Of a stretch of 33,752 nucleotides of DNA, positions 17,122-24,705 are shown one piece after another. The notes under the pieces were generated by a model. The model had not been told where the DNA came from. It saw only the letters and a program-made list of their open reading frames with translations, and searched no databases. Position numbers and translations under genes: made by a program. Each line of letters begins with the position of its first letter. The first letter of the stretch is position 1. The DNA comes from an uncultured Halobacteriales archaeon (GTDB taxonomy: Archaea; Halobacteriota; Halobacteria; Halobacteriales; SW-7-71-33), in NCBI GenBank assembly GCA_964593395.1, contig CAZQHW010000005.1, forward strand, positions 1-33,752. The letters are read 5' to 3'.

Positions 17122-19572
17122 ATGACTGCGTCGGAGGGCGACGGCGGCGACGGCGCCGGTCGGGCCGAGGCGTCGGCCAGTGGCCCGGGGGAGCCAGGCG
17201 AGGTGCGGCTCTCGGTGCCGGACATGGACTGTCCCTCGTGTGCCGACAAGGTCGAGGGGAGCGTTCGCCGACTCGACGGGATCGAGCGCGTCGACCCCCA
17301 GGCGGCGACCGGGCGGCTCACCGTGCAGTACGACGCCACCCGGACGGACGCCGCGGCGGTCAGGGAGCGTGTCGAGCGGGCCGGCTACGACGTCGAGGGC
17401 GACACGGGCGAAACCGACGCCAACGGGGTGTGGACCGGCCCCCGTGCGCTCCGGACTTGGGCCGGCGCCCTCGCGGTGGTCGTGGGCCTCGCCCTGGAGT
17501 TCCCGCTGTCGGGGGCGAACGCCGAGGTGGCGTCGGTGCTCGGACGGGAGTTGCTCGTCGCGGACGTCCTGTTTCTGGCGGCGACGGCGGTCGCCGGCGA
17601 GGTGATCCTCCGCAACGGCTACCGGTCGCTGTTGACGCGTAACCTCGACATCGACCTGTTGATGTCGGTCGCCGTTCTCGGCGCCGTGACCGCCTCGCTC
17701 GGGTTCGGGGCGTCGCTGTACTTCGAGGCGGCGACGCTCGCCGTACTGTTTTCCGTTGCCGAGTTGCTGGAGGAGTACTCGATCGACCGGGCGCGGCAGT
17801 CGCTGCGGGAGTTGATGGAACTGTCGCCGGACGAGGCGACCGTGCTGCGCGACGGCGAGGAGGAGACGGTGCCGGTCGACGACCTCGCGGTGGGCGAGGT
17901 GGTCGTCGTCCGCCCGGGCGAGCAGGTGCCCGCCGACGGGGTCGTCGTCGAGGGCGAGAGCGCCGTCGACCAGGCGCCGGTCACCGGTGAGTCCGTCCCC
18001 GTCGACAAGCGGGCGGGCGACGAGGTGTTCGCGGGCACGATGAACGAGACGGGCTACCTGGAGGTGGAGGTGACCGCCGAACCCGGGTCGGACACGCTCT
18101 CGCGGATCGTCGCCCTCGTCGAGGACGCCCAGGCCAACCGTACCGAGCGCGAGCAGTTCGTCGAGCGGTTCGCGAGTTACTACACGCCCGTGGTCGTGGG
18201 GCTGGCCGTGCTCACGGCAGTCGGGCCGCCACTGCTGATCGACGGGACCGCGACGGTCGGCGCGGCAGGCTACGTCTACACCTTCGTCGGCGCCTGGGAG
18301 ACGTGGTTCGTCCGCGGACTCACGCTCGTTGTTCTGGCGTGTCCCTGTGCCTTTGTCATCTCGACGCCCGTCTCCGTGGTCTCCGGGGTGACCAGCGCGG
18401 CGAAACACGGCGTCCTGATAAAGGGCGGTAACCACCTGGAGGCGACCGGGTCGGTCGGCGCCGTCGCGCTGGACAAGACCGGTACGACAACGACCGGCGA
18501 CCTGCGGGTGACGGACGTGGTGCCGCTGGGTGGCAACGACGAGGAAAGCGTGTTGCGGTGTGCTCGTGGACTGGAGTCGCGCTCGGAGCACCCGATCGGC
18601 GAGGCGATCGTCGACCACGCCGAGGACCGCTCGGTGAGCGAGCGCGAGGTCGACGACTTCGAGAGTCTCACCGGTCGTGGAGTGGAGGCCGAACTCGACG
18701 GCACACGGCACTACGCGGGCGTCCCTGGCCTGTTCGAGGAGTTGGGCTTCGACCTCTCGCACGTCCACGCCACGACCGACGGGGGCGTCGTCACCCGGAC
18801 CGCCCGGGACATCTGTGAGCGCAACAACTGCCTCGATTTGCTGTCGGACACCGTCCCGAGACTTCAGGGAGAGGGCAAGACGGTCGTTCTCGTCGGCACC
18901 GAGGCGGAGATCGAGGGCGTGATCGCCGTCGCCGACGAGGTGCGGCCGGAGGCGAAGCGGGCGGTCGAGCGCCTGCACGAACTGGGCGTCGACAACGTGG
19001 CGATGCTCACCGGCGACACCGAGCGCACCGCTCGCGCGGTCGCGAGCGAGGTGGGCGTCGACGAGGTGCGGGCCGAACTCATGCCCGAGGAGAAGGTCGA
19101 GGCGGTGCGCGAACTGGACGAGTCCTACGACGGCGTGGCGATGGTCGGTGACGGGGTGAACGACGCGCCCGCCCTGGCGACCGCCACGGTGGGCGTGGCG
19201 ATGGGCGCCGCCGGCACCGACACCGCCATCGAGACCGCCGACGTCGCCCTGCTGTCGGACGACCTCTCGCGGCTCCCGTACCTGTACGACCTCGCCGCCC
19301 GCGCCGACGGGGTGATCCGCCAGAACGTCTGGGCGAGTCTCGGGGCGAAGGCCGCCCTCGCTGCCGGCGTGCCCTTCGGTCTCGTCCCGATCTGGCTCGC
19401 GGTGCTCGCGGGCGACGCCGGCATGACCGTCGGCGTCACTGGCAACGCGATGCGACTGTCACGGGTCAGTCCCGAGGAGTCACACGGCGTGGACACGGAG
19501 CACGACCACGATCACGACCATCCTCACGACCACGACGCCGCCGACACCCCAGAAGTGGCCGCGGACGACTGA
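17122..19572 (+). CDS. heavy-metal-translocating P1B-type ATPase, Zn/Cd/(Pb)-type
   Basis: 816 aa from the ATG at 17122. N-terminal HMA domain with CxxC (DMDCPSCADKV). Motifs TGESVPV, CPC in a TM helix (LACPCAFVISTP), DKTGT, MLTGD and GDGVNDAPAL. A DAG motif in the last TM region and absence of the Cu-type MxxSS motif argue for the Zn/Cd class. The C-terminus is His/Asp-rich. Confidence 0.93.
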   Translation: MTASEGDGGDGAGRAEASASGPGEPGEVRLSVPDMDCPSCADKVEGSVRRLDGIERVDPQAATGRLTVQYDATRTDAAAVRERVERAGYDVEGDTGETDANGVWTGPRALRTWAGALAVVVGLALEFPLSGANAEVASVLGRELLVADVLFLAATAVAGEVILRNGYRSLLTRNLDIDLLMSVAVLGAVTASLGFGASLYFEAATLAVLFSVAELLEEYSIDRARQSLRELMELSPDEATVLRDGEEETVPVDDLAVGEVVVVRPGEQVPADGVVVEGESAVDQAPVTGESVPVDKRAGDEVFAGTMNETGYLEVEVTAEPGSDTLSRIVALVEDAQANRTEREQFVERFASYYTPVVVGLAVLTAVGPPLLIDGTATVGAAGYVYTFVGAWETWFVRGLTLVVLACPCAFVISTPVSVVSGVTSAAKHGVLIKGGNHLEATGSVGAVALDKTGTTTTGDLRVTDVVPLGGNDEESVLRCARGLESRSEHPIGEAIVDHAEDRSVSEREVDDFESLTGRGVEAELDGTRHYAGVPGLFEELGFDLSHVHATTDGGVVTRTARDICERNNCLDLLSDTVPRLQGEGKTVVLVGTEAEIEGVIAVADEVRPEAKRAVERLHELGVDNVAMLTGDTERTARAVASEVGVDEVRAELMPEEKVEAVRELDESYDGVAMVGDGVNDAPALATATVGVAMGAAGTDTAIETADVALLSDDLSRLPYLYDLAARADGVIRQNVWASLGAKAALAAGVPFGLVPIWLAVLAGDAGMTVGVTGNAMRLSRVSPEESHGVDTEHDHDHDHPHDHDAADTPEVAADD

Positions 19573-19591
19573 CCCTGGCCCCGTTCGTCGT

Positions 19592-20056
19592 TCACGGATC
19601 GACGTGCTCACGCAGCAGCGCCGCCCGCCGATCACGGCCGAGACGCTCGTATGCCGCTGCCTCGTACGCGAGCGACAGCACCGGCACCCGCCGGTCGTCG
19701 AGGGTGACGTACTCGCGGTGTGCCTGCAGGTCCGTCGGCGGCTCCCACTCGTCCCCTGGGTCGCGCTTCTGCAGGCCACCCATCACCTCTACTCTGAGGT
19801 CCTCGACCGAGAGCACGCCGAGATGCGAGCGGATCCCGTCGTGGGTGGAGCGGGTCACCGGTTCCACGACGCAGTCGTCGAACTGCTCCTCGACCCGGTA
19901 GGCGCCGTGGGCACTCGTCTGGACGTCAACGTCACGGGGGTCGACGGGCACCCCCTGCAGGGCGAAACTGGTGCTGCCGGTGAGTGCCCACGTCACCCCG
20001 TCGAGGTCGTCCACGAGGCGGCGGACGACCGAGGCGTGTGTCTCCGGGAGAGACAT
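19592..20056 (-). CDS. nucleotidyltransferase-fold (pol-beta superfamily) protein
   Basis: 154 aa from the ATG at 20054-20056 (MSLPETHASVVRRLVDDL...). GS...DxD signature (TGSTSFALQGVPVDPRDVDVQT). The rest of the 562-aa ORF 19592..21280 is an out-of-frame overlap with the tail-fibre-like gene and was discarded. Confidence 0.6.
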   Translation of the reverse strand: MSLPETHASVVRRLVDDLDGVTWALTGSTSFALQGVPVDPRDVDVQTSAHGAYRVEEQFDDCVVEPVTRSTHDGIRSHLGVLSVEDLRVEVMGGLQKRDPGDEWEPPTDLQAHREYVTLDDRRVPVLSLAYEAAAYERLGRDRRAALLREHVDP

Positions 20057-20150
20057 CAGTCCCACGTTCGTCTGGCACGGACAAGTGCGTTTTCGAGGGA
20101 CCGACCGCCAGGAGCTGGAGCCGTTAGCCTGGGATGTTCGAGACGGCTGG

Positions 20151-22133
20151 TTACTCCCCGTCGGGACCGGGACCAGTGTCGTCCAAGCCCAAGTGGTGCT
20201 CGACGGCCGCCAGTCGGTCGCGCAGCGCCTCGTTCTCCGCCTCGAGGTCGTCGATGCGCTTGGCCTGTTCGTCGATGCGCTGGTCCCTTTGTTCGAGTTG
20301 CTCGCGAGCGTCGTCCAGTTCCCCGGAGAGGCCCTGGATGGCGGCCAGCGCGACGCCGTCGGCGTCGACGTTGGCGATGTGGTCGTCGCGGGGCCCAAGC
20401 TCGAAGGCGTCGAAGAAGTCCTCGGCCATCGGCCCCATGTGGGTGACGCCGTCCTCGGTGTCGTACTCCCAGGTGCTGACGTCCAAGTCCCGCACCCGGT
20501 CGAGCACCGCCGGCGGGTCCACCGGGTCGACGTTCGACTTCGCGGTTCGGGAACTGAGTTGGCTCCAGGTGCCGCTGCCGGCGGCGAGTTGCACGCCGCT
20601 GTTGAACCCGCTGTCGCTCCAGAGGGTGACGCCGCCGTCGGCCTGGAACACGACCTCGTTCGCGGTGGTCGACTCGACGGAGGTCGAGGAACTGTCCCCC
20701 CAAACGAACGCGCCCTGGGCCCGTGCCTTTGCCTGGCGCCCGGCGGCCAGAGAGTTGTCGGCGGCGGCCTCGTTGCCAGCGCCGCCGGGGACGGTCGCGT
20801 TGACCCCCGACGCCACGTTGATCGAGCCACCGGCGACCGTGGCGCCGCCGCCGCTGGCCTCGTTTCCGATGCCGCCAGCCACGCTCGCGGAACTGCCCGC
20901 CGCGGTGTTGTTCGTGCCCCCGCCGACGGTCGCGTACCGTGCGGTGTCGGTGCCGAAGTCGTCGGAGCCGGCGACGTTCTCAGCGCCACCCCCGACAGTC
21001 CCGTAGGCGTCGTGGACGACGTTGCTCGTCGCGGTATCGTCGGGGTCGGACGGGCCACCGCCGCCGATGGTCCCGTACGGGGCCTCGACGAAGTTCGCCC
21101 ACCCACCGGCGATGGTCCCGTACTGACCCTGAACAGCGTTAGTCGACCCGCCAGCGACCGTCGAGTAGTCCTCCTCGGCGAAGTTACCGGTCTGACCGCC
21201 CACGCCACCCCCGCCACCGACGGTCGCGCCGATTGACATTGCAGTGTTGTTCGCGCCGCCAGCGACGGTGGCGTAGTCACCGTCGACGGTGTTGTTCTCG
21301 CCGCCGGCGATCGTCCCCTCCTCGGCGGTGGCGGTGTTGTCGACGCCGCCGCCGATCACACTCGCTCGACCGTCGGCTGCGTTCTTGCTACCGCCACCGA
21401 CCACACCGAGTTGGCCAGCAACCGCGTTTCCGCCGCCACCGGCGATCGTGCCGCCCTGGCCGCTGACACTGTTACCCTGGCCCCCGCCGACCGCCCCGTT
21501 CTGGGCATCGACTGCGTTCGTCGCGCCGCCGCCGATCGTCCCGAACGTCGACCGCACGACGTTCGACTCACCGCCAGCGATCGCCGCAGCGAACGCGTCC
21601 GCGTCGTTTGTGGTGCCACCACCGACCGTCGCGTACTGTCCGTTTCCCTGGTTTCTTTCGCCACCGCTGACGGTCGCACCACCGGCCGCGACGGTGTTCG
21701 AGTTCCCACCGCCGATAGTCGCCTCGTCCCCGTCACCCTCGGTCGTGTTGCCGTAGCCGCCGCCGATCACCGAGTAGTCGCCGCGAGTCGTGTGCTGTTC
21801 GCCGCCGCCGACCACCGCGCCGGTGACCGGTCCGTTTGCCGTGTTCGTCGGCGCGCCAAACAGCACCGTGACCGGCGAGACCCCGGCCGTTGCGCTCGCA
21901 CGGGCGAGTGCGAACGTCTCTTGCCACTCGGTGCCGTCTCCAATTGAGACGACACCGGTGTCGGTGGCGAGAAACTTCGCGCCCTGTGTCGGTTCGTAGT
22001 TTGACCGTGCACTCGCCGCGTCACGAATCTCGATGTCCGTGTCGTACTGCCGGAAGTTCTCGTTCAGCGGGACGTGCCAGTCCTGTGCGCCCTCGTCGGG
22101 AACGTTGTATGAGTGGTTGGGTGTCTCGGGCAT
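20151..22133 (-). CDS. virus tail-fibre-like protein: receptor-binding-type N-terminal domain, Gly-rich beta-helical repeats, C-terminal S74-type intramolecular chaperone domain and coiled coil
   Basis: 660-aa ORF. The N-terminus has WHVPLNENFRQYDTDIE and GAKFLATDTGVVSIGDGTEW motifs. About 22 repeats such as YATVGGGTTNDADA and YSTVAGGSTNAVQG. The C-terminus SSRTAKSNVDPVD...VSTWEYD...HMGPMAEDF...GVALAAIQGL fits the S74 chaperone-of-endosialidase pattern and is followed by heptad-like EQLEQRDQRIDEQAKRIDDLEAENEALRDRL. Confidence 0.8.
   Translation of the reverse strand: MPETPNHSYNVPDEGAQDWHVPLNENFRQYDTDIEIRDAASARSNYEPTQGAKFLATDTGVVSIGDGTEWQETFALARASATAGVSPVTVLFGAPTNTANGPVTGAVVGGGEQHTTRGDYSVIGGGYGNTTEGDGDEATIGGGNSNTVAAGGATVSGGERNQGNGQYATVGGGTTNDADAFAAAIAGGESNVVRSTFGTIGGGATNAVDAQNGAVGGGQGNSVSGQGGTIAGGGGNAVAGQLGVVGGGSKNAADGRASVIGGGVDNTATAEEGTIAGGENNTVDGDYATVAGGANNTAMSIGATVGGGGGVGGQTGNFAEEDYSTVAGGSTNAVQGQYGTIAGGWANFVEAPYGTIGGGGPSDPDDTATSNVVHDAYGTVGGGAENVAGSDDFGTDTARYATVGGGTNNTAAGSSASVAGGIGNEASGGGATVAGGSINVASGVNATVPGGAGNEAAADNSLAAGRQAKARAQGAFVWGDSSSTSVESTTANEVVFQADGGVTLWSDSGFNSGVQLAAGSGTWSQLSSRTAKSNVDPVDPPAVLDRVRDLDVSTWEYDTEDGVTHMGPMAEDFFDAFELGPRDDHIANVDADGVALAAIQGLSGELDDAREQLEQRDQRIDEQAKRIDDLEAENEALRDRLAAVEHHLGLDDTGPGPDGE
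20694..21821 (-). repeat. intragenic array of about 22 degenerate 14-16-residue Gly-rich coding repeats (x-[AST]-[VI]-[GA]-G-G-x-x-N-x-[AV]-x-x)
   Basis: GG(G) cores recur at residues 109, 124, 141, 157, 171, 187, 201, 216, 232, 246, 261, 277, 292, 306, 328, 343, 357, 381, 404, 420, 435 and 450 of the 660-aa protein. The pattern resembles YadA-head/Hep_Hag-type beta-roll repeats. Confidence 0.75.
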
Positions 22134-22146
22134 TGTTCTCGGGTGG

Positions 22147-22563
22147 CTACGGGCTGACCCCGCCGTAGCCGTGCTCGCCGTATGTCTGGTCGCCGTAGTC
22201 GTCTTCCGAGGACTGCGTCTGTGTGGTCGTCTGGGTCTGTGTGCCCGTCTGGGTCTGCGTTCGGGTCGACGTGGCCCCGGTGGTCGTCGGGGTGGCGGTG
22301 TCCGTGTCAGTCGTTGTGTCCGTCATCCGGGTGGCAGTACCGGTGACGGCGGACGTGGTGGCCACCGTCGTCCCCGTGCCACTGTCGGTGTCGGTGTCGC
22401 CCGTCGTCGGGGTGCCGCCGTACCCGAAGGTGGTCTCGGTCTGCTCGTCCTCGTTGTCGGTCCCGATCGCGCCACAGCCGGCCAGCGAGGCACCGACCGC
22501 CGTAGCCGTGATCGTCCGCAACAGGTCACGTCGCCGGGGCAGGTCGGTATCGGTCACCCGCAC
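22147..22563 (-). CDS. Thr-rich Tat-signal lipoprotein
   Basis: 138-aa ORF with a GTG start. Twin-arginine motif PRRRDLL followed by lipobox LAGC (Cys30). 44 of 138 residues are Thr, including TQTQTGTQTQTTTQTQ. Acidic/aromatic C-terminal tail DDYGDQTYGEHGYGG. The stop lies 13 bp upstream of the tail-fibre-like start. Confidence 0.65.
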   Translation of the reverse strand: MRVTDTDLPRRRDLLRTITATAVGASLAGCGAIGTDNEDEQTETTFGYGGTPTTGDTDTDSGTGTTVATTSAVTGTATRMTDTTTDTDTATPTTTGATSTRTQTQTGTQTQTTTQTQSSEDDYGDQTYGEHGYGGVSP

Positions 22564-22799
22564 CGCGCCTCGGTCCGTGGCACCTCGTCCGGACGCGGTC
22601 CCATCGCCGTCCCGGGGCCATGCCGTTCGCTCGTTTGCATGAGTTACGACTGTTCAGGCGCCCATCGTATCACACTTTTGACCAGAACCTGACATTATTC
22701 GGGGCGACTGACGGGTCGGGAGCGGAGGAGGCGACGGCGTCCACCGGTGTCGGCGCTGGAGGGGACCACCACGGGCGGTCGACTCTCAGGGGGGCAAGG

Positions 22800-23435
22800 T
22801 TACTCCTCGGCGGGGGGGAGTGCCCGCAGTTCGGCGGGAGAGACGCCGAGAAGCGCGAACAGTCGGTCACGGAACGCCTCGCCGTCGAGACCGTACTCGT
22901 CGGCGACCCGGCGACAGGCCGCCGGCGTCGCACCCGTGTCGGCAAGCGCCCGGAGCGCGAGCGCCGGCACGGAGACCGCCGACGCCTCCCAGGCGGGCGG
23001 GACGTCGACCGCACCGGTCGCCATCGCGGAGAGTTCCTCCTCGCCGGCGAGTGCGAGCGGGTCGACGGAGTCGGGCAGGAGAGCACTCGGCGTGAGCTCG
23101 TCCTCGCGGTAGGTGTCGAGCGGGACGTCGGGGTCCTTGACCACAACGGCGTACGCCGGGGTCTCGGGGGACGCCTCGACGGGCCCGAGCGGGTCGTCGG
23201 CGTCGCGGTCCGTCTCGAGGGCGGCGACGACCACGCCGACGCCCTCGCGTGCGTTCACCGCGTCGCCGACGCGGACCTCGCCGGTCCCGGGAGCGTCGGG
23301 GTCGCCGTAGTTCGCCCCCCGCCGCACGGCCTCGGCCTCGGCCCTGAGTTCGGGAGCGATGTCCTCCATCGCCGCGTGGTACTCCTCCTCGGAGACGTCG
23401 AACTCGTAGTCGTTCGGCGGCTCTGGTCCTGGCAC
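22800..23435 (-). CDS. acidic hypothetical protein (possible small beta-barrel domain plus helical C-terminal domain)
   Basis: 211-aa ORF with a GTG start 6 nt after the upstream stop. The central segment VRVGDAVNAREGVGVVVAA...VEASPETPAYAVVVKD weakly resembles DUF2945/Hva1-TUDOR-type barrels. No catalytic motif seen. Confidence 0.55.
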   Translation of the reverse strand: MPGPEPPNDYEFDVSEEEYHAAMEDIAPELRAEAEAVRRGANYGDPDAPGTGEVRVGDAVNAREGVGVVVAALETDRDADDPLGPVEASPETPAYAVVVKDPDVPLDTYREDELTPSALLPDSVDPLALAGEEELSAMATGAVDVPPAWEASAVSVPALALRALADTGATPAACRRVADEYGLDGEAFRDRLFALLGVSPAELRALPPAEE

Positions 23436-23441
23436 ACCTGA

Positions 23442-24362
23442 TCAAGGGACCTCCGGTCCATTGAAACTGTCGTACAACTGGTCGAGGTAGTTCCCGTACG
23501 ACTGTCCGTCGAGTCGTCCGGCGAACGTCTCGGCGACCAGTTCTTTTGGACTCGTCGTGGCGTAGTGGCTGACCTCTTGCAGCGCCGCCCGTCCCTGTTG
23601 TGTGGAGAGAGACTGCCCGCTGAGGGTGCCGTACTCGTCCGGGTCGGCGGCGAAGTGGTGTGCGTGGCCGGCCTCGTGGTGGACGACACCCTCGACTGTG
23701 CCGTCGGCCAACTGGTTCGCCACCGGGTGCTGGTTGACACCCCCGTCGACGACGTCCGGGTTGAGGTACAGTTCCCGGTCCGGAGCGTGGTAGTAGCCCA
23801 CTCTCGAGGACGACGGGTCCCGGTCGGTCGTCGTGACACGGTCGATCGCGAGGGCGTCGTCGAGTCGCTCGTGGTCGACGCCGACCAGAGCGTCGGCGAC
23901 ACGCTCCTGTGTGGCCTCGCTCAGTCCGTCGAGGTCGGCGTCCACGGCGCCGAACTCCTCGACTAAACGTCGCTCGGCCTCGGTCGCGTCGTCCGTCGCG
24001 GTCGGCCCGGCCAGACGCTCGCGCAGAGCCTTCTCGGATATCGGGTAGCGTGTGTCGTCCGGGGCACTGTACCAGTAGAAATCGTCGCCGCCGTCGTCGG
24101 GGGTCTCCTCGACCTCGACCTCGGTGTCGCCGACGGTCGTCGTCTCGCCGGCGTCGGGGAGGTCGACGTCGTCCGGTGACGGACGAGGGGCACCCGTGTC
24201 GGCGTCAGGGGCGTCCCCGGCGTCGGCCCCGTCGTCACCGTCGATGGCCGCGGCGGTCGCCAGGCCGCCGGTTGCGCCCGGCAACTGCCGTGCGCGGGCG
24301 TCGTTGCCGGCCTCGACCGCCGGACTCCACGTCGACTCGTCGCCGTTGGATCCCCCACCCAC
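23442..24362 (-). CDS. HExxH zinc-metallopeptidase-like protein (gluzincin; ATLF/M34-like or ImmA/IrrE-like topology) with acidic disordered N-terminus
   Basis: 306-aa ORF with a GTG start and no internal Met. C-terminal domain: ...RELYLNPDVV...GVVHHEAGHAHHF...(about 30 aa)...SHYATTSPKELVAETFAGRL. This is an HExxH followed by an ExxAExFA-like third-ligand motif, as in anthrax lethal factor and Zmp1-type enzymes. Confidence 0.6.
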   Translation of the reverse strand: MGGGSNGDESTWSPAVEAGNDARARQLPGATGGLATAAAIDGDDGADAGDAPDADTGAPRPSPDDVDLPDAGETTTVGDTEVEVEETPDDGGDDFYWYSAPDDTRYPISEKALRERLAGPTATDDATEAERRLVEEFGAVDADLDGLSEATQERVADALVGVDHERLDDALAIDRVTTTDRDPSSSRVGYYHAPDRELYLNPDVVDGGVNQHPVANQLADGTVEGVVHHEAGHAHHFAADPDEYGTLSGQSLSTQQGRAALQEVSHYATTSPKELVAETFAGRLDGQSYGNYLDQLYDSFNGPEVP

Positions 24363-24705
24363 ACGTCCTCTGTTTCCGTGTGACCGTCGTCGCGAAATAA
24401 CTGTTTGGTACGGACGGAACGCGCCGACGACTCGTCTGGTCTGGTCGGCCCGCTGGTGGGGCCCGTCGGGCGACCCCCCCGGTGCGCCACGCCCCCCACG
24501 ACGACCGGTCGTCGCCCACCCGCTCAGTCGGCAGGGTCCCGTGACCGCGGGATGCCACGGCCACCGTCACGAGGGCGAGTCCGACTGCCACGGAAACGAA
24601 AGTCGGGAGGGCCGACAGAGAGCGTGTGTCAGCGCCTGCGACTGCAGTCTCACTTGCAGAAACAGGACGGCCCGTATTACTTGGGTGAGCCGCCAGACGG
24701 TACCC

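Noticed and set aside
17029-18978. 649-aa ORF antisense to the P1B ATPase
   Set aside because: It has Arg/Gly/Pro/Val/Asp-rich, basic composition unlike the acidic proteome here. It fully overlaps a gene with complete P-type ATPase motifs. Long stop-free antisense frames are expected in high-GC DNA.
20057-21280. N-terminal ~400 aa of the 562-aa ORF 19592..21280
   Set aside because: It overlaps the tail-fibre-like gene out of frame and is Pro/Arg/Ser/Thr-rich. Only the final 154 aa, from the ATG at 20056, have protein-like nucleotidyltransferase-fold sequence.
20694-21821. Periodic ~45-nt pattern, considered as a CRISPR or tandem DNA repeat
   Set aside because: The periodicity is at the protein level (degenerate GGxxN repeats) inside a continuous ORF. 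There are no exact constant-length DNA repeats separated by unique spacers.
24124-24705. 194-codon N-terminal extension of the RND exporter ORF
   Set aside because: The extension is Pro/Arg/Ser-rich and overlaps the divergent HExxH gene. A clean ATG at 24706 gives a normal short cytoplasmic N-terminus before TM1.
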